A stretch of 64,000 nt of DNA from Dehalococcoidia bacterium (GTDB lineage: Bacteria > Chloroflexota > Dehalococcoidia > Bin125), in contig CAXXRD010000001.1 in assembly GCA_963663895.2 (NCBI GenBank), forward strand, positions 1-64,000, written 5' to 3'. Below are positions 30,705 to 44,845 of this stretch, piece by piece. Numbering within the stretch: position 1 is the stretch's first letter; every line of letters begins with the position of its first letter. The position numbers and the translations under genes were made by a program. The notes under the pieces were generated by a model, which saw nothing but the letters and a program-made list of their open reading frames with translations, made no database searches and was not told the DNA's origin.

Positions 30705-31078
30705 CGCCCGTCATCGTGGTTGAGAACTGCGCCCCCGCTGCGAGCGGCACGCCTCAATGGCCCGCCTGCTAGGAATCGAGCAGCACAAGCGGCTTTCCCC
30801 GCCCGGCACCGGACGATCTTTACCGCCGTATAAGGCGTGGGCATGCCAAGGCCATCACCGATCTTTGGCACGGGACACAAGCGAGGCGCGGGCGGAGCTG
30901 CCGCCGGTGCATCGCCTCCCGCGCTTGGGTGCGACCGCTGAGGCGCTTCACGGAACGTGCCCTGGAGAGCAGTTGTGCTGGCCAAGGCGGGAGTCATCCG
31001 CCATCGCCTTGAAGCGGACGGCGCCTGCCAATCGCCCCTTGATCCCCACGCGTCTATCCCAGGATGGGCATGAGCGCG

Positions 31079-33181
31079 CTAGAGGAAAAGGGGACCGAAA
31101 ACGACTGCAACGATCGCCATCAGCTTCAAAAGGATGTTCAACGACGGACCGGAAGTGTCCTTGAAAGGATCACCCACGGTGTCGCCGACGACGGCGGCTT
31201 TATGCGCTTCGGAACCCTTGCCCCCGAGGTTGCCCTCTTCAATGTATTTCTTGGCATTGTCCCAAGCGCCTCCGGCGTTGGCCATCATGATGGCGAGCAT
31301 GGAGCCGGCCGCAATGGAGCCGATAAGCAGACCCCCAAGGGATTCCGCCCCGATCACCGCTCCCACGAAGATCGGCACGGCTACCGCAATGACGCCGGGA
31401 ATGACCATCTGGCGTAGCGCACCATTGGTCGAGATGGCGACCGCGCGCGCGTACTCAGGTTGCTCTGAGCCGTCCATGATGCCGGGACGCTCGCGAAACT
31501 GACGCCGCACCTCCTCGACCATGGCCATGGCTGCGCGGCCTACCGCGCCCATGCTGAGAGCGCTGAAAAGGAAGGGCATCAGCGCGCCAAGCAGGATACC
31601 GATCATGACCTCGAAGTTGAGGAGGTTGAACTCCTGGACACCAGTGGTGATGGAGTAGGTCGCGAGCAGCGCCAGAGCCGTGAGCGTGGCGGAGCCGATC
31701 GCGAAGCCCTTGCCGGTGGCGGCGGTCGTATTGCCGAGTTGGTCGAGAGCATCGGTGCGCTCGCGGACCTCTGCAGGCAAACCGGCTTGCTCGGCAATAC
31801 CGCCGGCGTTGTCGGCCACGGGGCCGTAGGCGTCGGTTGCCAGGGTGATGCCGAGCGGCGCCAGCATGCCGACCGCCGCCAAGGCGATGCCGTAGAGCCC
31901 CGCCAGCTCGTGGGTCAGCCAGAGAGCCAAGACGATGGTGACCAATGGCACAGCAGTGGACAGCATGCCCAAGCTGAGGCCGCCGATAATCACCGGCCCC
32001 GTGCCAGATTGCGCCTGATTCGAGAGGCTGATCGTCGGGCGGTAGCGGAAGGGACCCACGGCGAATCCCTCCGATGAGGTGAATCCCTCGGTCACCGTCG
32101 CAATAATCTGTCCCGCCAGCAGTCCAACCAGGATCGCCAGGAAGATATTGAGGTCCAGGCCCATCACCGCGACGGCAATGCCCGAGCCGAGGAGCACCAA
32201 CCCGCTACCGCTGAAGACACCGGCACGGAGTGCCCAAAGCAAGCGGCCTTGGTCGGCACGCTCACCGGTCCGCACGAGGAAACTGCCGATCACGGAGCCG
32301 AAGATACCGATCACCGCGATCAAAATCGGGAGAACATACGCCTCTGAGTCGAAGTTGGCGACCGCGCTCTCGCCGAAAACGGCATTCGAGCCGATCATGC
32401 CCGCAGCGACGGCAGTCGGGACGGCGACGACGGCCAGCGAGATCGTCGCGACGATCGACCCCACGTAGGACTCGAACAGGTCCGCGCCCATCCCAGCGAC
32501 GTCGCCCACATTGTCGCCAACGTTGTCGGCGATGGTGGCGGGGTTACGCGGATCGTCCTCCGGAATGCCAGCTTCGACCTTCCCCACGAGATCTGCACCG
32601 ACATCCGCCGCCTTCGTGAAGATGCCGCCACCGACGCGAGCGAAGAGGGCGATGGATGAGGCGCCGAAGGCGAAGCCGGTGAGCGGGCGGGGCTCTTGCC
32701 AAATGATGTAGAGGATCGAGACACCGAGGATGCCGAGTCCGACAACAGTCATGCCCATCACTGTTCCGGAGTTGAAGGCTGCGCGTAGGGCGGAGTTGAG
32801 GCCGGTGCGCGCCTGATGCGCCGTGCGGACATTGGCTCGCACGGCAATGGTCATGCCGAGGTAGCCGGCGGCGGCGGAGAGAATCGCGCCCACGAGGTAG
32901 CTGAGCGCGGTTTCCGGCACGTATGTGCCATCTTCCAACGCCGCCTTGCTGAGGATGTTGAGATCGATGAAGAGCAGCAGGATCGCAAAGACCGCCGCCA
33001 CGAAGGCAGCAAGGAAGAGGTACTCGCGTTGCAGGAAAGCGGCCGCCCCTTCTTGGATGGCGGTGGCGATGGCGCGCATGCGCTCGTTGCCTTCATCAAG
33101 GGCGAGAACGTCGCGGACACGGAGAGCGGCGAAGGCGAGTGCGACGCTGCCGCCGATGAGGGCAACGATCAGGATTTCCAT
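31079..33181 (-). CDS. hppA: Membrane-bound K+-stimulated, probably Na+-translocating pyrophosphatase
   Basis: DVGADLVGKVEAGIPEDDPRN, DNVGDNVGD and GDTVGDPFKD motifs; GNTTAA and ADLFESY signatures; GGAGGT RBS. Confidence 0.96.
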   Translation of the reverse strand: MEILIVALIGGSVALAFAALRVRDVLALDEGNERMRAIATAIQEGAAAFLQREYLFLAAFVAAVFAILLLFIDLNILSKAALEDGTYVPETALSYLVGAILSAAAGYLGMTIAVRANVRTAHQARTGLNSALRAAFNSGTVMGMTVVGLGILGVSILYIIWQEPRPLTGFAFGASSIALFARVGGGIFTKAADVGADLVGKVEAGIPEDDPRNPATIADNVGDNVGDVAGMGADLFESYVGSIVATISLAVVAVPTAVAAGMIGSNAVFGESAVANFDSEAYVLPILIAVIGIFGSVIGSFLVRTGERADQGRLLWALRAGVFSGSGLVLLGSGIAVAVMGLDLNIFLAILVGLLAGQIIATVTEGFTSSEGFAVGPFRYRPTISLSNQAQSGTGPVIIGGLSLGMLSTAVPLVTIVLALWLTHELAGLYGIALAAVGMLAPLGITLATDAYGPVADNAGGIAEQAGLPAEVRERTDALDQLGNTTAATGKGFAIGSATLTALALLATYSITTGVQEFNLLNFEVMIGILLGALMPFLFSALSMGAVGRAAMAMVEEVRRQFRERPGIMDGSEQPEYARAVAISTNGALRQMVIPGVIAVAVPIFVGAVIGAESLGGLLIGSIAAGSMLAIMMANAGGAWDNAKKYIEEGNLGGKGSEAHKAAVVGDTVGDPFKDTSGPSLNILLKLMAIVAVVFGPLFL

Positions 33182-33333
33182 GAGACCTCCCGAGATGTTG
33201 TATCCGACGTGAGCCGCTTGGCCGTTCGGCTGCTCCGCCACCGACACGACTGCCGTTCGCGGCCGCCAACACGAGCGCAGATCCTAAGAGAGGCGATCCG
33301 GACGATCAACGCAGTAGAGAACGGAGTGCGGCG

Positions 33334-34010
33334 TTACGGGAGCGGCGGAGCGGCGGCCGTGAGCTGGTCACGCAAGGCAGTGATCTGGGTATCGAGACGA
33401 CGTTGGAGCGCGGCGACCGTCAGGTCACCCCGGGTGCGCTCCGTCACGCCGCGCACCATGTCCGTACTCCTACGAAGACCGTGCGTGATCGCCTCCGGGT
33501 AGTCCATCGTCACTAGCTGCGCGTAGATCTCATCCATCGCCGCCAGAAGATCGTCGGGGGGCGCCTGACCTTCGCGGCGCAGAGAATCGAGGACGAAGCG
33601 GCGGAGTTCGCCAACCGCCTCTGCTAGACCGTGGAGGTAGGCGGCGGCGGAAAACCCCGAGGTCGTCAGACGTGGGGAGTGGCTTCCTCGAAACAAGCGC
33701 TAAAGTGAGCGCTGCCTCCGCGTATTCCTTAAGGGCATCATGCAGGAAGCCGGGCGTGATAGACCGCCGGTTGATCCTTCATGGCTTCGCTAGCAGCGGC
33801 AGCCTGCCGGCGAAGATCCTGCACGCTTTCCGCTGCGCGTTCGAATTCATGCCGATGGATGGCGCGGATGGCGAGGGAGGCCTGCCGGATCAACTGGCGT
33901 GAGGCGGCAAGGCCTTCCTCACGCGCGCGGTGCATCGCGTCAAGCTCATGGCGGATCGCTTCCATGAGGCCGTCAAGGTGCAGGCTGCCGGAGTCGGCCA
34001 CATGGGACAT
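33334..34010 (-). CDS. Translin/TRAX family protein (two apparent 1-nt insertions, ~33752 and ~33652)
   Basis: Reconstructed across frames: AREEGLAASRQLIR..AIRAIH, GFLHDALKEYAEA, YLHGLAEAVGELRR, GLRRSTDMVRGVTERT. Confidence 0.85.
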
Positions 34011-34014
34011 CTGA

Positions 34015-34362
34015 TCAGAGATCCTTCACGGGATCGGGCAGCTCTCCTTCGCGTGCCTCGTCGATCATCTTGCGCGTCTGCTCGGGCATGTCAACGCCCA
34101 TATCCGCGAACTGTCGCTCGACCCAACGGCCGATCTGCCGCGGATCGCGGTAGGCGTCCGGCCCCGCACCGAGGGGGGGCGTACCGTAGTTCTCCAAGAC
34201 TTGCTGCTCTGTTTTGGGCGTCGCGAACACGGAGAGGGCGCGCTCAGTCTCGAGCGCGCCGCAAGATTTACAGGCTGGAGAGGAATCAGCGCTACTGATC
34301 GAGCGCCGAAGGACGCTCGTCACGGCGCTACAGCGGGCACAGCGATATTCGTAGACAGGCAT
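34015..34362 (-). CDS. FmdB-family zinc-ribbon protein
   Basis: MPVYEYRCARC ... CKSCG. Confidence 0.9.
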   Translation of the reverse strand: MPVYEYRCARCSAVTSVLRRSISSADSSPACKSCGALETERALSVFATPKTEQQVLENYGTPPLGAGPDAYRDPRQIGRWVERQFADMGVDMPEQTRKMIDEAREGELPDPVKDL

Positions 34363-34451
34363 CGCAGCGTTGTCGGCGCGCCAGAGATGGTTATAGCGCG
34401 CCTGGCGAGGTTAACACGCGGGGCCACGTCCAAGGTGTGTCTGGCGCTCCA

Positions 34452-34823
34452 CTAGGCTTCGACGGCATTCTCAATGTGCTCTAGGGCAGCGACGCGATCA
34501 TGGCCGTCGACCGCGACCGTGATCACGTCGATGCGCGCGGGCGCATCGAGATCCGCGTCGGCGAGGTAGGCACTGGCCAGCGCCGCGAGCCGCTGTTGCT
34601 TCCGCTCGCCCACCGATTCCGCCGCCGCGGCGAGGCCGGCCGGCGCGCGGCGACTGCGCACCTCGACGAAGACAAGGACACCGCCAGGGGCGCGCGCCAC
34701 GATGTCGATCTCACCCTCCCGTCTGCGCACGTTGCGCTCCACCACCGTGTAGCCACGCGCTTCGAGATGCGCCACCGCTGCACGTTCTCCGACCTGGCCG
34801 AGTGCGCGCCGCGCGCTGGTCAC
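34452..34823 (-). CDS. yraN: YraN family (UPF0102) putative endonuclease
   Basis: LGQVGE, GEIDIVA, LVFVEVRSR, RIDVI and HIENA motifs. Confidence 0.93.
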   Translation of the reverse strand: MTSARRALGQVGERAAVAHLEARGYTVVERNVRRREGEIDIVARAPGGVLVFVEVRSRRAPAGLAAAAESVGERKQQRLAALASAYLADADLDAPARIDVITVAVDGHDRVAALEHIENAVEA

Positions 34824-35602
34824 GGCACGGTCAGACCGGTCGCGCTGCGCGTGGACCGGCGCCAGTGAAGCGTGGCATCCGCAGCGGAACGAACGGGCTC
34901 GTATGAGAAGCGATGGTGAAGAGAAGGGCCGATATGCCGGAGCGCGGCACGGTGAGCACGGGTGGCGTAGCCCTTGTTGTCGGCGAAGCGGTAGCCGTGA
35001 TGCAGAACGTCAAGATCACGCATCCAACCGTCGCGGAAAACCTTGGCGATCACCGAAGCAGCAGCGATACTCGCGACGCGCTCGTCGCCACGGGTCAGGA
35101 CGCGCTGAGGCAGACCGAATCGTGGCGGTCGCGGCCATCGATCAAGACGTAGTCAGGGGAGATACCACAAGCAGCGAGCGCACGCCGCATCGCGAGACGG
35201 GTAGCGGGCAGAATCCCCAGGGCATCGATCTCTTGCGCGTCGGCCCATCCGATTCCCCACGCCAGCGCCGTCTGCTTGATCCATGGCGCAAGCTCCTCCC
35301 GGCGCTGGGAGGTGAGCTGCTTGCTATCACGCAGACCGGAAAGCCAAGCGAGCCGGCGCGCCGGGGGCAAGATAACGGCGCCTGCCGCCACGGGGCCGGC
35401 CAGGGCACCCCGGCCGACCTCATCAAGGCCAGCGACGGCTGAGAAACCGGCGCGCCAGAGCGCCGCCTCCTGAGCGCGCGTGGGCTTGCAAGCGGGTGTC
35501 GCAAGGGCTCCAGACGCGTTCGGCAGATCGTTCCTCCAGAGCGGCGGTGGACGCTGGGAGCGGCAAAGCAGCGCTCGAAAGACGAGCCGGATGCTCGCTC
35601 AT
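34820..35602 (-). CDS. rnhB: Ribonuclease HII (at least one, probably two, apparent frameshifts; start uncertain)
   Basis: AGLDEVGRGALAGPV, LRDSKQL and LIDG in one frame; GD..ASIAAASVIAKV, NKGY and HRFSY in another; stop overlaps the yraN start. Confidence 0.9.
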
Positions 35603-35815
35603 GTCGAGCCCCCAACTATCGTAGCGAGGTGAACCGGCGCCCGACATGGCCGAGCGGCGTCCCGTTCCCAAACGATGCAGCTACCGCAAGCCGGCTGGCT
35701 CATTCGAGAGCCAGTCGAAGCGGGTCACTGTTATATTGATGAGGAGCGGCGTGGGGCGGCAGCGGTGACGCGTGCCGGCCAACCGTATCGCTGAGCAAGC
35801 TGGAAGGAAGTAGCT

Positions 35816-37797
<1,982 letters not shown>

Positions 37798-37831
37798 GCC
37801 GCCGCGAGCGATGCAGCGGTATCCGACTTGC

Positions 37832-37935
37832 TTGACCGTCCCAGAACCTCGCTCGTACGGTTTGAGGCATACCACTGAGAAGTAGCGCCCTCTACCGGGT
37901 GCGTTTCTAAGTTTCCCGAGGCAGGTGCCGCTCAG
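37832..37935 (+). promoter_or_regulatory. rplU promoter (TTGACC-N18-TACGGT) and hairpin-containing leader
   Basis: Sigma-70-like hexamers; GCGCCC/GGGTGC stem in the leader. Confidence 0.5.
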
Positions 37936-38478
37936 ATGTACGCAGTGATCCGCACCGGCGGAAAGCAGTATCGCGTCGAGCCCGGCCAGCGGCTCAAGGT
38001 GGAGAAGATGCCCAACGCGGTGGGCGACACCGTCGAGCTGACCGACGTGTTGCTTCTCGCCACGGACGAGGGAGCGACCGTGGGCGACCCTACGGTCGCG
38101 CAAGCGCGAGTTGTAGCGGAAGTCGCCTCCCAGGGGCGGGACCGCAAGCTGTCGGTGTTCAAGTACAAGTCAAAGACACGTTACCGGCGGCTGGTGGGCC
38201 ACCGACAGCCCTATACCGTGCTCCTGATCAAAGAACTCAGCGGACCTGGGATCACGGCGCCTAAGACACGGCGGCGCCGAGCGAAGAGATCCACCGACGC
38301 GCCAGCGAGCAAAGCAGCGGAGGAGAAAGCGGCCAAGAAAGGATCTGCCAAGAGGGCATCGACGGGCGCGACGCAACGATCCCGCGCTGCGAAGAAGGCG
38401 ACGAGGACTTCGGCCGCCACGAAAGCGCCAACAGACAAAGGTCCGGCCAAGGACGCAGAGACGGGCAGGGAGGACTAG
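37936..38478 (+). CDS. rplU: 50S ribosomal protein L21 with Ala/Lys/Arg-rich C-terminal extension
   Basis: [14 protein letters not shown] and GHRQPYT motifs. Confidence 0.97.
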   Translation: MYAVIRTGGKQYRVEPGQRLKVEKMPNAVGDTVELTDVLLLATDEGATVGDPTVAQARVVAEVASQGRDRKLSVFKYKSKTRYRRLVGHRQPYTVLLIKELSGPGITAPKTRRRRAKRSTDAPASKAAEEKAAKKGSAKRASTGATQRSRAAKKATRTSAATKAPTDKGPAKDAETGRED

Positions 38479-38480
38479 CG

Positions 38481-38768
38481 ATGGCGCACAAGAAGGGTGT
38501 GGGCTCCTCAAAGAACGGACGCGACAGCAACGCCAAGCGCCTAGGCGTGAAGGTCTACAGCGGCGCGCAGGTCGGAAAGGGCGCGATCATCGTGCGACAG
38601 CGCGGCACGCGCATCCATGCGGGCGACAACGTGGGCATCGGCCGGGATCATACGTTGTTCGCACTCCGAGACGGTTACGTTCGCTTCGAGCCGTACGCCA
38701 AAGGCCGCCGCAAGAAAGTGAGCGTGACCGCGACACGCGCTGAGGCCACGAAGCAGGAAAGCCCATGA
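38481..38768 (+). CDS. rpmA: 50S ribosomal protein L27
   Basis: [24 protein letters not shown]. Confidence 0.98.
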   Translation: MAHKKGVGSSKNGRDSNAKRLGVKVYSGAQVGKGAIIVRQRGTRIHAGDNVGIGRDHTLFALRDGYVRFEPYAKGRRKKVSVTATRAEATKQESP

Positions 38769-38974
38769 AAGCCAAGATCCACCCCGAATACGGACCGGCA
38801 CGGATCGTCTGTGGCTGTGGCACTAGTTGGGAAACTCGATCGACGAAGGCCGAAATGCACATTGAGATCTGCAGCGTCTGTCACCCGTTTTTCACGGGCG
38901 AGCAACGCATTGTCGATACGGCAGGGCGCGTGGAGCGTTTCAAGCGCCGCTATGGGATGAAAGAAGAAGGCTAA
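38765..38974 (+). CDS. rpmE: 50S ribosomal protein L31 (Zn-binding type)
   Basis: [19 protein letters not shown] and GRVERF motifs. Confidence 0.98.
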   Translation: MKAKIHPEYGPARIVCGCGTSWETRSTKAEMHIEICSVCHPFFTGEQRIVDTAGRVERFKRRYGMKEEG

Positions 38975-39021
38975 CAGCCCCCTGTCGCTTCTCCTGCCCA
39001 GGCCCTCGCTACCCTCGGCGT

Positions 39022-39960
39022 ATGACGCTCCGTAAGCAGGCCCATTCCAAGCGGCGTGGCTACGGCGGCCAGGCGGTGCTTGAGGGCGTCATGATCCGCG
39101 GACCACGGCACGCAACGGTCGTCTGCCGCCGCCCGGACGGAACCATTGCCAGCCAGAGCAAGAAGCTCGCCACGGCCTACACGAGCCGTACGCAACGGAT
39201 CCCGTTCGTACGTGGGGTCATCGCGCTGGCGGAGACGCTGCATCTGGGGTTCTGGGCGCTGATCTATTCATCGAACGTGGCGCTGGAGGAGGAAGGAGGC
39301 GACGACGGTACCCAGGGAGAGGGCGCGGGGATAACGGGCGCGCTCATCATCCTACTGACGCTCGCGATCGCGATCGGTCTGTTCTTCTTGGCACCCGTCT
39401 TCGCCGGCCGTTGGATCGAGGATCAGATCGACCCAGACATCATCGGCGTGATCCTAGAAGGCGTGATCCGGCTCGCGCTTCTGCTGGGCTATCTATTTCT
39501 GATCGGCCAGTGGAGCGAGATGCGCCGCGTCTTCGCCTATCACGGCGCAGAACACAAAACGATCGCCGCCTGGGAGGCGATGAGTGACCTATCCGTGGCA
39601 GCGGTGCGACCTTTCAGCCGCGCGCATCCACGGTGCGGCACATCGTTCTTGCTCGTGGTGGCCGTGGTAGCGATCATCGTCTTCACAGCGCTCGGTACGC
39701 CACCGATGTGGTGGCGCATCACAAGCCGGATCGTCTTGGTGCCTGTCATCGCCGGGATCGCCTACGAGGCGATCCGACTAGGCGGCGCCTACCGTCACAA
39801 GCGGGTCGTAGGGTGGCTGTTCGCACCGAACCTTTGGCTGCAAGCGCTGACGACGCGGGAGCCATCGGATGATCAGATCGCGGTCGCCATCACCGCCATG
39901 GAGCAGGCGCTCGCCGCGGAGGAAGGCCGGAGCGTGCAGGACCCGACGCCGGCTCGTTAG
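39022..39960 (+). CDS. DUF1385 (YqhQ-like) membrane protein
   Basis: GGQAVLEGVMIRG, YHGAEHK, HPRCGTSF and TTREP motifs; usual position after rpmE. Confidence 0.92.
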   Translation: MTLRKQAHSKRRGYGGQAVLEGVMIRGPRHATVVCRRPDGTIASQSKKLATAYTSRTQRIPFVRGVIALAETLHLGFWALIYSSNVALEEEGGDDGTQGEGAGITGALIILLTLAIAIGLFFLAPVFAGRWIEDQIDPDIIGVILEGVIRLALLLGYLFLIGQWSEMRRVFAYHGAEHKTIAAWEAMSDLSVAAVRPFSRAHPRCGTSFLLVVAVVAIIVFTALGTPPMWWRITSRIVLVPVIAGIAYEAIRLGGAYRHKRVVGWLFAPNLWLQALTTREPSDDQIAVAITAMEQALAAEEGRSVQDPTPAR

Positions 39961-39966
39961 CCCGAG

Positions 39967-40296
39967 CTACTCCGAAGCCCCCAGATCGCGGTAGAAGCAA
40001 GAGCGCTCGCCGGTGTGACAAGTGGGGCCGGCAGGGTCGGCACGCACGAGCAGTGCGTCGGCGTCACAGTCCTTGCGGATCTCCTTGAGACGCAGCACGT
40101 TGCCGCTCGTCTCGCCTTTCGTCCAGTATTCTTGACGACTGCGACTCCAGAACGTGACCAGCCCTTTCTCCAGCGTGCGCCGGACGGCTTCTTCGTCCAT
40201 GTAGCCGAGCATCAACACGCCGCCGGTCGCATCGTCTTGGACGATGGCTGGAATGAGACCGTTGGCATCGTAGGAGAGCGGAGGCAGCGCGTTCAC
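39967..40296 (-). CDS. hisI: Phosphoribosyl-AMP cyclohydrolase
   Basis: [25 protein letters not shown] and CHTG..SCF motifs; GTGA overlap with hisF. Confidence 0.96.
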   Translation of the reverse strand: MNALPPLSYDANGLIPAIVQDDATGGVLMLGYMDEEAVRRTLEKGLVTFWSRSRQEYWTKGETSGNVLRLKEIRKDCDADALLVRADPAGPTCHTGERSCFYRDLGASE

Positions 40297-41117
40297 GGCG
40301 AGATCGGTCTTTTCCTCACGGTTACAGGCCTGTCGGAGGCGGCAGTATAGCGCGGATGATCGAGGCGCACGGGAACATTGGCAGCGGCCATTTCGGATTT
40401 GACATCCGCGACCTTGCAAGTACCGAAGTGGAAGATGCTCGCAGCGAGGACTGCAGAGGCACCGCCTTTCGTTACCGCGTCGATCATGTGTCGGGCGCTC
40501 CCCGCGCCGCCGCTTGCGATCACGGGGATTGAGACGGCGCTGGTCACGGCACGCAGGAGCGGCAGATCGTAGCCATCCTGGTGGCCATCGGTGTCCATGG
40601 AAGTAAGCAGGATCTCACCTGCACCGCGCTCCGCCGCCTCGCGTGCCCAAGCGACCGCGTCTCGGTCGGTCGAGCGGCGTCCTCCGTGCGTGTAGACCTC
40701 GAAGCCGCCGTTCCGGCGCCTCCTGGCATCGATCGCAACAACAACGCATTGGCTGCCGAAGCGGTCGGCGCCTGCTCCGATCAAGCCCGGATCAGCAACT
40801 GCCGCGGTATTGATCGCGATTTTGTCGGCACCGGCCTCCAAAACGGCACGCATATCCTCAGGGCTCCGCAACCCGCCACCGACAGTGAAGGGGATGAAGA
40901 CGCGGTCGGCCGTGCGGCGCACCATCTCCATGACGGTTTCGCGCTTTTCGTGTGAGGCGGTGATGTCCAGAAAGACGAGTTCGTCGATGCCTTCGCGATC
41001 GTAAACAGCGGCCATCTCCACCGGGTCGCCCGCATCGCGCAGGTCCACGAAGGAAATGCCCTTGACGACACGCCCCCGGTCGACATCGAAGCAAGCGATG
41101 ACCCGCTTGGTGAGCAT
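40293..41117 (-). CDS. hisF: Imidazole glycerol phosphate synthase cyclase subunit
   Basis: [30 protein letters not shown] and ASGGAG motifs. Confidence 0.98.
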   Translation of the reverse strand: MLTKRVIACFDVDRGRVVKGISFVDLRDAGDPVEMAAVYDREGIDELVFLDITASHEKRETVMEMVRRTADRVFIPFTVGGGLRSPEDMRAVLEAGADKIAINTAAVADPGLIGAGADRFGSQCVVVAIDARRRRNGGFEVYTHGGRRSTDRDAVAWAREAAERGAGEILLTSMDTDGHQDGYDLPLLRAVTSAVSIPVIASGGAGSARHMIDAVTKGGASAVLAASIFHFGTCKVADVKSEMAAANVPVRLDHPRYTAASDRPVTVRKRPISP

Positions 41118-41122
41118 GGTGC

Positions 41123-41848
41123 TCAGTCTCCGCAGGACGCCGCAGCCGCCGTGCGTGCATCGGCGAGCGCAATGCGGCCATCGTAGAGAGCCCGCCCGAT
41201 AATGACGCCCTCGACCCCTATACGGGCAAGACGCGGGATCTGATCCAGAGTCGCGACGCCGCCCGCCGCGATGAGGGGGCAGTCCAAAGCCGCGATGAGC
41301 TCGGTCAGAGCAGCGTAGTTTGGCTCTGTGAGGGTGCCGTCGCGGATGATGTCCGTATAGATGAAGCGGCCGACCCCTCGGGCTACAAGCTCCCCGGCCG
41401 CCTCCAATACCGGGCGCTCCGTCATCCGGGTCCAGCCGTCCGTGGCCAGTCGGCCGTCCCGAGCGTCGAGGGAAACGATGATCTGCTCAGGCCGCTCGCG
41501 GCTCACGTGGTCCAGCAAGGAACGGTCGCGGATCACGGCGGTGCCCAACACCACGCGCTGCAGACCCGCCTCAAGGTATCGCGCGACGGATTCCGTCGTG
41601 CGGATACCGCCACCGACTTGCGTGGGGACGCCCAAGCTCGCGATCGCAACGATCGCGTCGAAGTTACAGGGTTTGCCCTCGCGGGCACCGTCCAGGTCAA
41701 CGACATGTATCCGTGTGGCGCCTGCGTCAATCCAACGTTGGGCGGCGGCCACGGGGCTCTCCGCAAAGACGGTCTCGGCGGCATAGTCACCTTGGTGGAG
41801 ACGAACGCAGAGCCCGCCGCGGATATCAACGGCTGGGATCACTTCCAT
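41123..41848 (-). CDS. hisA: ProFAR isomerase
   Basis: [24 protein letters not shown] and TDIIRDG motifs. Confidence 0.97.
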   Translation of the reverse strand: MEVIPAVDIRGGLCVRLHQGDYAAETVFAESPVAAAQRWIDAGATRIHVVDLDGAREGKPCNFDAIVAIASLGVPTQVGGGIRTTESVARYLEAGLQRVVLGTAVIRDRSLLDHVSRERPEQIIVSLDARDGRLATDGWTRMTERPVLEAAGELVARGVGRFIYTDIIRDGTLTEPNYAALTELIAALDCPLIAAGGVATLDQIPRLARIGVEGVIIGRALYDGRIALADARTAAAASCGD

Positions 41849-41860
41849 GGATCGGCGCAA

Positions 41861-42505
41861 TCAGGCAGCTGGCTCTGCCGCCAAGGCGGCGGCGATGACG
41901 TTACGGTAGAGGCGCAATCCATAGGCGCCGCTCTTCTCCGGATGGAACTGCGTTGCGACGAGGTTGCCCTGCTGCACGATCGCAGGAAAGGTGATCCCGT
42001 AGTTCGTAGTGGCGAGTGTCACCGAACGGTCGTCGGGCGCGCAGTAATAGGTGTGGACGAAATAGAAGTGGCTCCCATCAGGAATACCGCACAGCACGTC
42101 GCTCGCACGCATCTGGCGCACGACGTTCCAACCCATATGAGGAACGATCTGCCCGTCCGGTAAGCGCAGTACACGGCCGGGGAGCACGTCCAGACCGAGG
42201 TGCTCCCCACCTTCCTCCGAGACAGTCATGAGCGCCTGCAGCCCCATGCATACCCCGAGGAAGGGACGGTCGGCCTGGAGGTAACGCCGCAAGGGCTCAA
42301 CCAGGCCGCGGCGCGCGAGGTTACGCATCGTGTCGGCAGCAGCACCAACCCCTGGTAAAACGACGATGCCCGCGCTGTCGAGGGCGGCGGGTGCGTCCGT
42401 AACCCGTGCGTGGAAGCCTGCGTACTCCACTGCGCGTGCGACCGAACGCAGATTGCCTGCTCCGTAGTCCAGCACAACCACGGGTCGCTCTGAACGGGAT
42501 CGCAT
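41861..42505 (-). CDS. hisH: Imidazole glycerol phosphate synthase glutaminase subunit
   Basis: DYGAGNLRSV, LPGVG, GVCMG, PHMGWN and QFHPEKS motifs. Confidence 0.97.
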   Translation of the reverse strand: MRSRSERPVVVLDYGAGNLRSVARAVEYAGFHARVTDAPAALDSAGIVVLPGVGAAADTMRNLARRGLVEPLRRYLQADRPFLGVCMGLQALMTVSEEGGEHLGLDVLPGRVLRLPDGQIVPHMGWNVVRQMRASDVLCGIPDGSHFYFVHTYYCAPDDRSVTLATTNYGITFPAIVQQGNLVATQFHPEKSGAYGLRLYRNVIAAALAAEPAA

Positions 42506-42520
42506 GGAGCGGCAGCGTAA

Positions 42521-44740
<2,220 letters not shown>

Positions 44741-44845
44741 GCGACGGCAGAGCGGCGGACATACTAGATATAACGGCAGCCTCAGATATAGTGTCTGCAC
44801 TGGCCCGGCATCCGCTGCACGGGTCATTTTCGACTCCGGGGGAAG

